A DNA stretch of 54,043 nucleotides from a virus (lineage: Duplodnaviria; Caudoviricetes), in the IMG/VR virus record IMGVR_UViG_3300046836_000171, positions 1 through 54,043 of that record, one strand, 5' to 3'. Position numbers and translations under genes: made by a program. The notes under the pieces are model-generated. The model saw only the letters and a list, made by a program, of their open reading frames with translations, did no database searches and was not told the origin of the DNA. Positions within the stretch are counted from its first letter, which is position 1. Every line of letters starts with the position of its first letter. Of the stretch, positions 27,836 to 37,390 are shown one piece after another.

Positions 27836-28521
27836 GCGGGGACCAGCCTCAGCCCGCGCTCCACCTGACGCCCAAGATCGTAGACAGCGGCCGAGCCCTC
27901 CAGCTCGGCCGTTTGCATCAGCACCGGGAGCCCGGTCTCGATCGACGTCAGGACTTCTTCGCGCGTCGCCACGCGGCCGTTCGCCCACCACTCAAGCGCT
28001 TCGGGGTCGCCCAGGCTGAACAGCACGCCGCGGCGGCCCTTCGCCCGGCCGACCGCGTGGATCAGATCGGGCGGGTGGAACGGCGTCCCCTTGCCCGTCC
28101 AAAGCAACGTGACGCCGGGGTTGCGCTGAATCCCGATCCCCGCGACCGTCGCCTCGATCGGCATCCCCACGTCGTCGCGGATGCGCTTCGGCTGGCTGAG
28201 GAACGGGCAGGCGCGGGCGCTCCAGCGGGCGCACGCCAGATGACACGGCGGCTCGGCGGTGACGCGGTTGATCGCGCACATGGGGCCGATGACGTAGGTC
28301 CCCGTCGCGCCCAGGCGGATCGGGCGGCCGCAGACCCAGCACCGGCGCTCGCGGATCGCCTGCCGAAGATGGTTGCCGTCCATGATCCTGAAGTCGGGGC
28401 CGCCATTGTGCAGCGGCGCGCTGCGGTCCACGAACCACGGGACCGGGTAGCCGCGCGGGTCCCGATCGAGCAACGCCATCAACGGCGGCAGCTCGGCGAT
28501 CAGCTCGTCAAGTCGGCTCAC
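27832..28521 (-). CDS. Conserved phage hypothetical Cys/His protein
   Basis: RGYPVPWFV, CWVCG, GPMC..NR...EPP.H..CA..S...CPFL motifs. Confidence 0.8.
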   Translation of the reverse strand: MSRLDELIAELPPLMALLDRDPRGYPVPWFVDRSAPLHNGGPDFRIMDGNHLRQAIRERRCWVCGRPIRLGATGTYVIGPMCAINRVTAEPPCHLACARWSARACPFLSQPKRIRDDVGMPIEATVAGIGIQRNPGVTLLWTGKGTPFHPPDLIHAVGRAKGRRGVLFSLGDPEALEWWANGRVATREEVLTSIETGLPVLMQTAELEGSAAVYDLGRQVERGLRLVPA

Positions 28522-29570
28522 TGGTTCAGCTCATCGATCCGGTTGGCGATCGACTTGTCGATGCGCTTGGCGTCGGCGCGGGCGTAGGCGATCAGGCGCT
28601 TGAAGCGCCGGTCGGCCACAAGCGCCTCGCCCTGCGTCGCGATCACCGCCGGATCGTCCAGCGCGATGATCCGCACGCGCTCGGCTTCGGCCCACGCCTT
28701 GATCGAGTCCATGTCGTCGGGCTGGTTGCCGGTGGAGTCCGGGGGCGGCGCGGGGGAATTATCCGGCCCTTTAAAAGGCCCTCCATTGTCCGGCGCGTCG
28801 CGCGGGTCGCGGCTGTCCTGCTTGCCGCTCGCCTTCGCCTCCCACCGCTCGCCGGCCTTGGTCTGCGCGTCGGTCGGCGGGATGGTGTCGAACTCGGGCG
28901 CGTCTTCCTCTTCGAAGAGCGCCGGGCGCCCGGCGGGGGACTCCAGCACCGCGATTTCCTCGCGCGTATAGAGCCCCAGAATGCGCGCCGGCCGGTGACG
29001 CCGCGCCCAGGCGCGGGCGCCGTAGTAGGCGAGCTGCTGATCGGCGTCACTGAACCACAGCGGCGAGTTCTTGACGCCGATCTGCGCGACGGTCGGCGTG
29101 GTGATCTGGCGCGTAACCACGCGGCCGGTGCGGGCCAGCAGCTTGCCGGTGACGCGCACGAAGCGCCCGAGCGCCAGCGGCCGCGCCGGGTCGGCATAGC
29201 CGTAATCGTAGGCCAGCGGCTCTTGCAGCAGGGGGTCGGACTCGATCAGCGCCATGACCCATTGCGCCTCATAGCCGATGCGTTCCTTGTCGCCGGCCCC
29301 GGTGAAGTAGGTCTTCGACGCCAGGGCGACCGGATCGGCCCCGAAGCGCGCAGCCTGATAGGCGATGAACATCGCCGCTTCCGGCCGGCGAAGCTGGGGC
29401 GCCATCCCCGGCGCGGTGGCGACCAGCGAGGCGGCGCGTTCCAGATCTTCCCAGGCGGCCGGCATGAAGGCCGCGTCGCGCGTGATGACCGCTACGCGGC
29501 TGGGCTCGGCGAGCGCCGGAAGGTGGGTCTCGGGCTCATCGATCGGATCGAGTTCGGCAGGTTCGGCCAT
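28518..29570 (-). CDS. recT: RecT-like single-strand annealing protein
   Basis: A.KTY, YEAQ...A.I and KNSPLW..D.DQQL.Y...RAWARRH.P..ILGLYTREE motifs; adjacent to a RecE-like gene. Confidence 0.78.
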   Translation of the reverse strand: MAEPAELDPIDEPETHLPALAEPSRVAVITRDAAFMPAAWEDLERAASLVATAPGMAPQLRRPEAAMFIAYQAARFGADPVALASKTYFTGAGDKERIGYEAQWVMALIESDPLLQEPLAYDYGYADPARPLALGRFVRVTGKLLARTGRVVTRQITTPTVAQIGVKNSPLWFSDADQQLAYYGARAWARRHRPARILGLYTREEIAVLESPAGRPALFEEEDAPEFDTIPPTDAQTKAGERWEAKASGKQDSRDPRDAPDNGGPFKGPDNSPAPPPDSTGNQPDDMDSIKAWAEAERVRIIALDDPAVIATQGEALVADRRFKRLIAYARADAKRIDKSIANRIDELNQ

Positions 29571-29584
29571 CGTCTTGCTTCCCT

Positions 29585-30730
29585 TCAGGACGTGATTGAC
29601 TCGTGTAGCACCGCGCCTCGATCGAGGCTACGGCGGGTAAAGTTGAACTCGGTCAGGCGCAGCAGCCCGCGATCGGCGACCCACATTTCGGCGTCGTCTT
29701 GGCCGAAGCGCTCGCGCATCACCCGGTAGTTCTCGCGCGCCAGATCGGCCTGCACCTTGGCGGATGAGAACGCGATCAGCCCGGTGGGGAACTCGATCGT
29801 GTCGCACTCGGGAATCCCCTGGGTCGAGACCGCGACCCACCACCACGACGGGTCGGTGAAGTCGGCCACCTTGTCGAAGAACGTCAGATCGTCGGCGGTG
29901 GGCGGCCGGGCGAAGACGGCGCCATCCTCGCCGGGCTCGGGCATCCCGCGCCAAATCTTCCGCTGCGCCACCAGCTCGGGGAGGATCGTGGTGCGCGCCT
30001 CCATGTAGTAGGCCGCCTGAACCTCATAGGCGAACTTCTCGCGGGAGGCGTTGAAGACGGCGATCGTGTCGCCGCCCTGGGCGTTGGCGAAGGTCTTCAG
30101 ATCGGCCAGCGTGCGGATGCGCAGGTAGTCGAAGCGCGCCTTGTAGCGGTCGCCATGTTCGTCGGTCCAGAACATCGAGACTTCAGCTCGGCCGCTCGAA
30201 AGGAACTTGCGCGCCTCGCTGTGGCGATCGACCACGCGGGCGGTCAGCTCGACCGACTGCCGGGTGGTCTCGCTGATCACGTCGCGCCCGTCCGCCAGCT
30301 CGGCGACTCGCACGTCCCAGCTATCCGCTAGCTCGATCCCCCAGGCGGCGCAGGCGGCTTCGAACTCGATCGCCTTGCGGCCCATGCTCGGCGGTGTCTG
30401 GCCGATCGCGCGCAGGGCGTCGGCCATCTGTTCCTTGGTGGAGGGCAGATCGGGCCGCGGCGGGCGCACGAAGTAGCGCGCATCGAATTGGTCGGGCTCG
30501 ATGATGGCGGCGTGCAGGCATGAGCCGAACCGCTTGCCGGCCGCTTCGGACTCCCGCTTCTTCAGGGGTTTGGAGTCCGCGAGGATGCGCCGCCATGTCG
30601 GATTGCGCTGCGACCCATGCCAGAAGACCGAGTTGATCAGGAGTTGCTTCAGATCGCTGGAGCCCAGCGCCGGGTCGGCGACGTGGGCCTCGTGCGGAAG
30701 ATCAAGCCAAATGCCGTCAGGAATCACCAT
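29585..30730 (-). CDS. RecE/exonuclease VIII-like PD-(D/E)XK nuclease
   Basis: H.ADPALGSS.LK, FGS..H..I.EP, EVS.FW, KARFDYL...DLKT and Y.VQAAYY motifs; alternative GTG start at 30781. Confidence 0.82.
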   Translation of the reverse strand: MVIPDGIWLDLPHEAHVADPALGSSDLKQLLINSVFWHGSQRNPTWRRILADSKPLKKRESEAAGKRFGSCLHAAIIEPDQFDARYFVRPPRPDLPSTKEQMADALRAIGQTPPSMGRKAIEFEAACAAWGIELADSWDVRVAELADGRDVISETTRQSVELTARVVDRHSEARKFLSSGRAEVSMFWTDEHGDRYKARFDYLRIRTLADLKTFANAQGGDTIAVFNASREKFAYEVQAAYYMEARTTILPELVAQRKIWRGMPEPGEDGAVFARPPTADDLTFFDKVADFTDPSWWWVAVSTQGIPECDTIEFPTGLIAFSSAKVQADLARENYRVMRERFGQDDAEMWVADRGLLRLTEFNFTRRSLDRGAVLHESITS

Positions 30731-31091
30731 GGCGTCCTGCGGGTTCGGTGGGCGAGGGGACGGCGGCGAGGACGATTTCACAACGCTCCGCCATGAACGC
30801 GTTGATCAGCGCCCTGGCCTCAGCTTCAGGCGCGCCCTTCTTGCGGTGTTCATCCACGTAGAAACGGAACTGGTTCGCGGCTAGCACCAGCGCCTTCCTC
30901 ATCCCCTCTGAGGCAGCGGCCTCGGCTGGAGCGGGAGGGGCGGCTGCGAGGACTGCGTTCCATAGTGCAGCGGCAACGGCGTCGTGGTGTCGCTGCCGGT
31001 AGCCGACAAGGGCGTCGCCCATCGCCGCCCACATTTCGCGGGTCGGCTCTCGCGGCACAAGCACCCAGCCCTCGGGTTCGGTGGTCAGCAA
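30717..31091 (-). CDS. Hypothetical protein (GWVLVPREPT.EM module plus QF..Y module)
   Basis: Common phage GWVLVP.EPT motif; the C-terminal module is shared with ORF 39306. Confidence 0.7.
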   Translation of the reverse strand: MLTTEPEGWVLVPREPTREMWAAMGDALVGYRQRHHDAVAAALWNAVLAAAPPAPAEAAASEGMRKALVLAANQFRFYVDEHRKKGAPEAEARALINAFMAERCEIVLAAVPSPTEPAGRHGDS

Positions 31092-31321
31092 GGTTGCAGC
31101 TCCAGCAACAGCTCGACCGTCTGCCCGACGTGGACCGGCCCGGCGGCCTTCGGGCTGATCACTCGCTTACAGCGGTGGGAATGTCCCTGCAACTGTCCCG
31201 TTACACGCACCGGGAAGCTGATCAGATCGTGGGTGTGCGCGAAGTCGCGCGAGGCGTTGGCGCGGACGTAGATGCCATCGCGGCGAACGCTGAGGTAGGC
31301 GAATCCGTCGAGGGTCATCAC
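31085..31321 (-). CDS. Hypothetical protein
   Basis: Coupled to both neighbours in the leftward operon. Confidence 0.5.
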   Translation of the reverse strand: MMTLDGFAYLSVRRDGIYVRANASRDFAHTHDLISFPVRVTGQLQGHSHRCKRVISPKAAGPVHVGQTVELLLELQPC

Positions 31322-32193
31322 GCCCTCACGCTTCCCAGGTAGTCGATGAAGAACACCACGCCGGGGATCGGCTGGGCCGGGACCACGACGCGGCGCTGGG
31401 CGTGCTGGTCATCGTCGCGGAACTTCCACTCGGCGAACGCTTCGGAGTCCCCGCGGTATTTGCGCAGCGCCGCCGCCAGCGCATCGGCCGTGAAGCTGGC
31501 GCCCAGCGGCCCGAGCGAGGCGCGCAGCGCCGCGACGTCTTCGACCGCGAACCCCCTCTGTGAGCGCACGCCGGTGGTGGCGACCGGCGTGCGGGTGCGG
31601 GCGACTTCCTGCACCGGCCCGCTGGCGCGCTGGTCGAGGGCGTCGGCGATCCGCTCGGTCTTCATCGCCGAGTCGAGGATGATTTCGGCCACCTGGGGCT
31701 TGTTCGCCGCTTCCTGGGCGGCTGCGGCGTCGGCCGCCGCCTGGGCCTTCTTGCGCTCGACTTCGGCCGCCTCGCGAGCGATCCGCCGCTGTTCCTCAGC
31801 GACGCGGAAACCGTAGCCGCTGATCAGCGCCTCGATCCGGCGCTTGTGGCCGGTGAGCGGCCCGAAGCGCGGGCCGGTGCTGGTGTTCAGCCCGCTGAAG
31901 AACGCATCGACGTTCCGGCCGGCGTTCAGCACCGGCGCTTTGACGTCATCGTGCGTGTCGTCAACGATCTTGGTCAGATCGCGCAGCGCGATCACCGCGG
32001 CGGCGGCAACCTGATTGTCGTCGGGGTTATCGACGGCGACGATCCCGGCCGCCTGCGCCACCAGTGCGGCGACTTGGCCGGCGAGCGGCGCGTGGTCTTC
32101 GGCGAGCTGCGTCACCGAGTAGGCGATGGCGAGCTGGTCCGCGAGAGGCGGGGCGTTGTGCCCGAGCCCAGGATTGTCAACGTCGTAGGTCAT
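31318..32193 (-). CDS. Coiled-coil hypothetical protein of the recombination module
   Basis: GHNAPP N-terminus, K.P.L..GR.VD.FF and IPGV motifs. Confidence 0.78.
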   Translation of the reverse strand: MTYDVDNPGLGHNAPPLADQLAIAYSVTQLAEDHAPLAGQVAALVAQAAGIVAVDNPDDNQVAAAAVIALRDLTKIVDDTHDDVKAPVLNAGRNVDAFFSGLNTSTGPRFGPLTGHKRRIEALISGYGFRVAEEQRRIAREAAEVERKKAQAAADAAAAQEAANKPQVAEIILDSAMKTERIADALDQRASGPVQEVARTRTPVATTGVRSQRGFAVEDVAALRASLGPLGASFTADALAAALRKYRGDSEAFAEWKFRDDDQHAQRRVVVPAQPIPGVVFFIDYLGSVRA

Positions 32194-32208
32194 GGCTGAT
32201 CTTCCCTT

Positions 32209-32430
32209 TCAGCTAATCTTGTCTCTGAGGCAGATGCGCCCGAAGGCGGTCAGCTTCATCATGGTGCGCGGTTGCCCGTTGATCGTGGTCGCGCGCAGCT
32301 CGATGAGCCCGCGGGTCTCCTGGGCGCGGCAGGCTTCGTTCGGGCTGAAGCATGGCGGGCAGAGCGCCCACTCTTCGGGGTCAACCCTCAACAGGTGGTT
32401 AAGCGCGCGGCGGTCATCGTCCGTGATCAT
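32209..32430 (-). CDS. Small winged-helix-like protein
   Basis: RGLIE...KLT.FGR pattern; ATGA overlap with the upstream gene. Confidence 0.55.
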   Translation of the reverse strand: MITDDDRRALNHLLRVDPEEWALCPPCFSPNEACRAQETRGLIELRATTINGQPRTMMKLTAFGRICLRDKIS

Positions 32431-32753
32431 GTCCCGACGTCTCCCCGCGCCGCGTCCCGCCGGGCGGCCTCGCTGCGGATGGCGGCGAACGCCTTGTCGA
32501 GCGCGCCCTTCCACGGGGCTTGGTCGTACCGACGATAACGCGCCACCAGCTCGTCATCTGACAGCAGCGTGACGTCTTCGGCTTCGGCCCGGCGGGCCAC
32601 TTCGGCCAGCAGCGCCTCGCGCTCTTCGCGCCGGTAATCCTCGCCGCGGCCGCGGGCGTCATCGAACAGTCGCGCGAGGGCATTGTGAAGGTGGCCGTTC
32701 GCCATGTCAGATATGACATGCTCGCGCCCATCGCTCGATCGGTAGGTGGTCAT
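32427..32753 (-). CDS. Hypothetical protein
   Basis: GGAGG RBS; DG....I.DM..GHL.NAL..L motif. Confidence 0.65.
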   Translation of the reverse strand: MTTYRSSDGREHVISDMANGHLHNALARLFDDARGRGEDYRREEREALLAEVARRAEAEDVTLLSDDELVARYRRYDQAPWKGALDKAFAAIRSEAARRDAARGDVGT

Positions 32754-32944
32754 GTCGCGCCTCCCGTGCGGATCAGCGCGCAGAGTCGCCGCCAGCATCG
32801 GGCGCAGAAGTGCAGCGTGCCGGGACCGATGACCGCCTTGTCTTCGCCGGCCCCGCGCCGAGGGGTGATCGACACCCAATCGGCAGGGAGCCGGTCGTGG
32901 GCCTCGGTGTCGCAGTCCTTGCCGTCGCAGCGGTAGGCGATCAT
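32750..32944 (-). CDS. Small Zn-finger protein
   Basis: CDG.DC...HFC..C motif. Confidence 0.65.
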   Translation of the reverse strand: MIAYRCDGKDCDTEAHDRLPADWVSITPRRGAGEDKAVIGPGTLHFCARCWRRLCALIRTGGAT

Positions 32945-32974
32945 TTCAGCGGCTCCCCAGCAGCAGCGCGCCCC

Positions 32975-34114
32975 TCAGTTCGCTCGGGGCGCCAACAATC
33001 CGTACCAATCCGGGTTATCAGACGTCGCGCAGAATGTCACGGCTAATGTCTCGCGTGCGGTCGCGCCGCCGAAGTCGGCGAAGCGCAGGATCACCGACTC
33101 GGTGGTGACATAGCTCAGCAGCTCGCGGAACCACTGAGCGTTGACGCCGAGCCCGATCGCCTCGCCGTCGTAGTCGATCGCCACGTCATCGATCGCCTCG
33201 CCGCCGTCCATGTTGGCGGCCCGGAAGCGCAGGGTTCCCGGCTCGACCGCCATCGCCACGCGGCCGGTTCGGGCGTCGCCCATGATCTGCGCGCGCCTGA
33301 CGGCGGTATCCAGCAGATCGACGTCCATCGTCAGTTCGGCGACGAACTCGCGCGGGATTACCCGGTCGTAGGCCGGGTAAGAGCCGTCTATGACCTTCGT
33401 CACCAAGGTTGCCTGCCCTATCCCCAGGACAGCCCGCTCAGGGGCCAGCTCGACGCTCACTTCGGCATCAGGGGCTACGTTGCTCAGCAGGCGCTCGATG
33501 GTGGCGGCCGACGCCGGGGATAGCATCGTGCCACGTTCCCACGCGAACCCCTCTGGAGCGGCCGCCTCGCAGTAGGTAAGGCGAAAGCCGTCCGTCGAGA
33601 CGACGCGGATCGTGTCGGGCGTCGGGGTGTGCAGATAGACGCTGCGCAGGTAGCCGCGCGCATCCTTGTCGGACGCCGCGGCGAACCCGCCGGCGACCAG
33701 CAGGCGATGCAGCACCCGCGCCTCGATCGTGAAGCTGGCGGCGGTGGCTTCGGCGCTCAGCACCGGGAAGTCGCTGGCCGGGAGCTGGGGCAGCGCGTAG
33801 CGCGAGCCGCCGCACATGACGCTGAGTCGCGTGTCGGCCTTGCTGAAGGCGAGTTCGCCGCCCTGGGGGCTGACGCCCACGATATCGCGCAGCTTGCCGA
33901 ACGCGACGGTGGTCGCGCCCTCGACGGCGATCTGCGCGTCGGCGACGGCGAAGGTGACGCACTGGTCAAGGTCCGTGACCGTCAGGCTCAAGAGCCCGTC
34001 GCGGGCGGTGATCAGCACGTTCTGGAGGATGGGGATCGTGGTCCGGCTGAGAACCGTCCCGTGCAGCGCCGTCATCGCGGCGGCCGCGCTCTTTTGCTCG
34101 ATGGTGAACTTCAT
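32975..34114 (-). CDS. dnaN: DNA polymerase III beta sliding clamp
   Basis: R.TIPIL.NVLI, TDLD, DFP, R.YL, STDGFRL, TKVIDG.YP.Y.RVIP and IDYDGE...G.N motifs. Confidence 0.93.
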   Translation of the reverse strand: MKFTIEQKSAAAAMTALHGTVLSRTTIPILQNVLITARDGLLSLTVTDLDQCVTFAVADAQIAVEGATTVAFGKLRDIVGVSPQGGELAFSKADTRLSVMCGGSRYALPQLPASDFPVLSAEATAASFTIEARVLHRLLVAGGFAAASDKDARGYLRSVYLHTPTPDTIRVVSTDGFRLTYCEAAAPEGFAWERGTMLSPASAATIERLLSNVAPDAEVSVELAPERAVLGIGQATLVTKVIDGSYPAYDRVIPREFVAELTMDVDLLDTAVRRAQIMGDARTGRVAMAVEPGTLRFRAANMDGGEAIDDVAIDYDGEAIGLGVNAQWFRELLSYVTTESVILRFADFGGATARETLAVTFCATSDNPDWYGLLAPRAN

Positions 34115-34118
34115 CTGG

Positions 34119-34304
34119 TCAGCCGATCGGCGCGCGGATCGGACGGATGCGGTTCAGCAGCGCGGGCGCCCAATACTTCGCCCAACTCAGCAGGTTCGCG
34201 TCGCGCTCGGGACCATCGGGCTCGGCCATGATCATGTCGAACTCGACGTAGCACTCGGCCTCATCGGCCGTGCGGAAGTCGATCGGTTGGGGGCCGCGGA
34301 CCAT
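34119..34304 (-). CDS. Hypothetical protein
   Basis: Fills the gap in the leftward operon. Confidence 0.5.
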   Translation of the reverse strand: MVRGPQPIDFRTADEAECYVEFDMIMAEPDGPERDANLLSWAKYWAPALLNRIRPIRAPIG

Positions 34305-34307
34305 CGC

Positions 34308-34541
34308 TCAACCCACCAGCGCCGGCGGCGTGGCCGCCTTCACTTCGGCGATATGCGCGGCGCAGGCGTCGCGCAGGCGCTCCAGCATGGTCAGCCGCGC
34401 CTCGCCGCTGAAGCCGACCAGCAGGCAGCTCAGCCCGCCGATCGTCAGGAACGAAAAGCCGGGGGCTGGAACGCTGAAGTTCAGGCTGGCGGGATCGTCG
34501 CCGACCCAAACCGTGATTTCGGTGCGCGGTGCGCTCATCAT
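34308..34541 (-). CDS. Hypothetical protein, first gene of the leftward operon
   Basis: ATG directly after the GGTAGGG RBS of cassette B. Confidence 0.6.
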   Translation of the reverse strand: MMSAPRTEITVWVGDDPASLNFSVPAPGFSFLTIGGLSCLLVGFSGEARLTMLERLRDACAAHIAEVKAATPPALVG

Positions 34542-34545
34542 GTTT

Positions 34546-34610
34546 TCCCTACCTCGCGCCGGCTTCCCGCCGACTCCCGATCTGTGCGCCGAGCCGCCCC
34601 GGCGTGTCAA
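34546..34610 (-). promoter_or_regulatory. Promoter/leader cassette B (leftward)
   Basis: TTGACA -35 (34605-10); hairpin GTCGGC-GGGAA-GCCGGC; GAGGTAGGG RBS; -10 unclear. Confidence 0.65.
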
Positions 34611-34625
34611 CAGGCGTGACATGGC

Positions 34626-34660
34626 TTGACGGTGGACGATTCCACGGCGCATGAGAGGGG
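34626..34660 (+). promoter_or_regulatory. Putative rightward promoter, divergent from cassette B
   Basis: TTGACG at 34626 followed by a GTGGA-CGAT-TCCAC inverted repeat in the spacer. Confidence 0.45.
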
Positions 34661-34815
34661 CATGTTGCAGACGCCCCCGCCGCGATGCTATCTCCCGACT
34701 CGGGTCGCCGGGCTCTTCCCGGCCGGCGCCACTCGCCGTCTCTTGGCGGTCTATGGTGACGGTCTTGTCCAGCGACCAAGCGGCCGCGCTTCTCCTACGG
34801 GGCGCGGCCGCCCGC

Positions 34816-35724
34816 ATGTCTGAACGCCCCCTCGCGATCGACCTGTTCACCGGCCTGCACGGCTGGGCCGAAGGACTGATCGCGGCCGGCTGGGACGTGA
34901 TCGGTTTCGACCTTGAGGACATGAGCAAGCTGCTCGGCGAGCCTAAGCCCAAGCATTTCTGGCTGGTGATCCAAGACGTGCTGACGCTGCACGGCGCGCA
35001 ACTCAAGGACGCGCAACTCATCGTCGGATCGTCGCCCTGCCAGGAGTTCAGCTATCGCGCGATGCCGTGGAAGCGGGCAAAGGCGCTCGGGCCTCCCGAA
35101 CTCGGCATGGCGCTCTTTCACGCGCAGTTCCGCATCCGCCAAGAGGCAAGCGAGGCGGCGGGACGTCCGATCCCGATTGTGGTCGAGAACGTGCGCGGCG
35201 CGATACCCTGGGTCGGCCGCTCGCGCGCCAACTTCGGGTCCTACTACCTTTGGGGCGACGTCGCGCCGCTGATGCCGATCGTTACCCAGCGAAAGACGAA
35301 CCATGACCGGCGAGACCCGAAACGAGACGAAGGCGGTAGTTGGTTCGCGCAGTCGCACAGCAAGGTAGTGTCGAACAATCCGGCCCGCGGTGAGGCGATC
35401 GGCGAAGGCCGCAAGCTCCCCGGCTTCCGCGACCCAGACTGTCCGACGCGGCAGGGGGGCCAGAAAGCCGCAGCCAAGGGATGGTTCAACGACTCGGGCG
35501 ACCCGGATCGCATGGCGATGAAGTCCAGCAAGTCCCCAGCCCGCAAAGCCGCCAGCGCCAAGATCGCCAAGATACCGTTCGCGCTCGCGTACTGGATCGG
35601 GCTGGCGCATCTGCCGGGCGGCTCCTCGCTTGCGGATCATCTGGACGCGACCGGGCTACGTTCGCGCTACCTCTTTCGCGAGGTCGGCCGCGACGATGAC
35701 GGCCAACTGAGCCTCTTCGGATGA
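34816..35724 (+). CDS. DNA cytosine-C5 methyltransferase-like protein (atypical)
   Basis: Motif I IDLFTGLHG, motif IV SSPCQEFS and motif VI VVENV; C-terminal AKIAKIP..LA. Confidence 0.8.
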   Translation: MSERPLAIDLFTGLHGWAEGLIAAGWDVIGFDLEDMSKLLGEPKPKHFWLVIQDVLTLHGAQLKDAQLIVGSSPCQEFSYRAMPWKRAKALGPPELGMALFHAQFRIRQEASEAAGRPIPIVVENVRGAIPWVGRSRANFGSYYLWGDVAPLMPIVTQRKTNHDRRDPKRDEGGSWFAQSHSKVVSNNPARGEAIGEGRKLPGFRDPDCPTRQGGQKAAAKGWFNDSGDPDRMAMKSSKSPARKAASAKIAKIPFALAYWIGLAHLPGGSSLADHLDATGLRSRYLFREVGRDDDGQLSLFG

Positions 35725-36170
35725 GCGCAGCACGCGCCTTCTCGCCCGCGCCAGCTCGGCGCGGGACCTACACTCGGCCGGAAGACCGGCTTCAGATGAA
35801 CGTGATCGAGTTCTGCCGGTTGGCGCTGAAGAAGCCTGACCGGGTGTGGTTCTGCCCCAACGGCGGAAACCTATCGAAAGCCCAGGCGGGCCGCTTCAAG
35901 GCGATGGGGCTGAGCCCCGGCGTCCACGATCTGCATTTCATCTGGCGCTCGGGCTCGCTCGGCCAGTTCCCGAACTTCGGGACGATCGAGCTGAAGGCCG
36001 GCAAGAACACGCTGACCGGCGAGCAAGAGACCTTCGGCCGCGACATGGCCGCCGTGGGCTGGCCGTGGGCTGAAGCCCGCACCGTCGAAGACGTCGAGCG
36101 CGCATTGCGCGCCTGGGGCGTTACGCTGCACGCCACGATTCTGCCGAGCGGAGTGATCCTGAAGCGATGA
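35721..36170 (+). CDS. VRR-NUC-like nuclease
   Basis: ED.LQ, PNGG, K.MG..PGV.DL, IELK..K..LT.EQ motifs. Confidence 0.82.
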   Translation: MSAARAFSPAPARRGTYTRPEDRLQMNVIEFCRLALKKPDRVWFCPNGGNLSKAQAGRFKAMGLSPGVHDLHFIWRSGSLGQFPNFGTIELKAGKNTLTGEQETFGRDMAAVGWPWAEARTVEDVERALRAWGVTLHATILPSGVILKR

Positions 36171-37000
36171 TATGGCCGGGCGTGAGCGAACCCCTGGAGG
36201 GCGCAAGGCTGCGCGTGCTGAGCCTGGGGGCCGGCGTGCAGTCTTCAACGCTGGCGCTCATGGCGGCGCGCGGCGAGGTCGGCCCGATGCCCGACTGCGC
36301 GATCTTCGCCGACACGCAATGGGAGCCGCAGGGCGTCTACGACTGGCTGGCGTGGCTGGAGGCGCAACTGCCGTTCCCGGTCTACCGCGTCACCAAGGGA
36401 TCGCTGCGTGAGACCCTGACCCGTTCCGGCGGGGAACGGACGCGATTCGCGTCCGTTCCCTTCTTCGCCGAGCGCGGCGGGATGGGGCGGCGGCAATGCA
36501 CGCGCGAGTTCAAGGTTGAGCCGATCGAGAAGAAGCTCCGTGAGCTGATCGGGCTGGCGCCGCGGCAGCGCGGACCCAAGACTCCGGTCATCGAGCAATG
36601 GCTAGGAATCTCGCTCGATGAAATCCAGCGCATGAAGGATAATCGCCGCGCCTTTATCAAGCACCGATGGCCGCTGATCGAGGCGCGGATGACGCGGGCG
36701 GACTGCCTGCGCTGGATAGATGAGCGTCAATATCCGACGCCGCCGAAGAGCGCTTGCATCGGCTGTCCCTTTCACACCGATGCGATGTGGCGCGACATGC
36801 GCGAGTCCGACCCTGAGAGCTGGTCCGATGCGATTGCGATCGACGCGGGGATTCGTGCGGAGGGACCGCGCAAGGGCTGGCGCGAGAACCAGTTCATGCA
36901 TCGCTCGCTGAAGCCGCTCGCTGAAGCGCCGATCGAAGACCCGAACGAGGGACAGATGAGCCTATTCGATGGCGAGTGCGAAGGAATGTGCGGCGTATGA
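36167..37000 (+). CDS. PAPS-reductase-family (PP-loop, Cys-rich) protein
   Basis: LSLGAGVQS, FADTQWEP, RQCT..FK..PI, GIS.DE..R, KSAC..CPF and C-terminal ECEGMC motifs. Confidence 0.85.
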   Translation: MIWPGVSEPLEGARLRVLSLGAGVQSSTLALMAARGEVGPMPDCAIFADTQWEPQGVYDWLAWLEAQLPFPVYRVTKGSLRETLTRSGGERTRFASVPFFAERGGMGRRQCTREFKVEPIEKKLRELIGLAPRQRGPKTPVIEQWLGISLDEIQRMKDNRRAFIKHRWPLIEARMTRADCLRWIDERQYPTPPKSACIGCPFHTDAMWRDMRESDPESWSDAIAIDAGIRAEGPRKGWRENQFMHRSLKPLAEAPIEDPNEGQMSLFDGECEGMCGV

Positions 37001-37290
37001 CCGAAATCCCCGAGACCGTCCGGCGCGTGATCGAGCGCGTCGCCCAGCGGTGCGAGGTCGAGCCCGCGACCGTGCTGAAGCCGCACCGCCGGGTCGCCGG
37101 CGAGGTCCGCGCCCGCTCGATCGCCATGCAGGCGGTGGCCGAGCTGACCGTGGACGGCAAGCCCCGCTATGGGCTCGACCAGATCGCCCGGTGGTTCGGT
37201 GTGTCAAGAAACCGCCTTCACGCCTACCGCACGCGGGCGGAAGGATACCAGCCGCGGCGGGTCCACAAGAACTTGAGCGCCGGGGCCTAG
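36997..37290 (+). CDS. HTH protein (DnaA domain IV-like)
   Basis: VIE.VA....V....V...R......AR..AM...L.QIA.WFG pattern. Confidence 0.65.
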   Translation: MTEIPETVRRVIERVAQRCEVEPATVLKPHRRVAGEVRARSIAMQAVAELTVDGKPRYGLDQIARWFGVSRNRLHAYRTRAEGYQPRRVHKNLSAGA

Positions 37291-37390
37291 ACGGCGCGAA
37301 ACGTGGCCGTAATGTGAAGAGCCCCGCGACGTCGCAAGCGCCGCGGGGCTCGGGATCAGCGCTTCTACCGGGGAAAGGGCGTCAGCGCAG

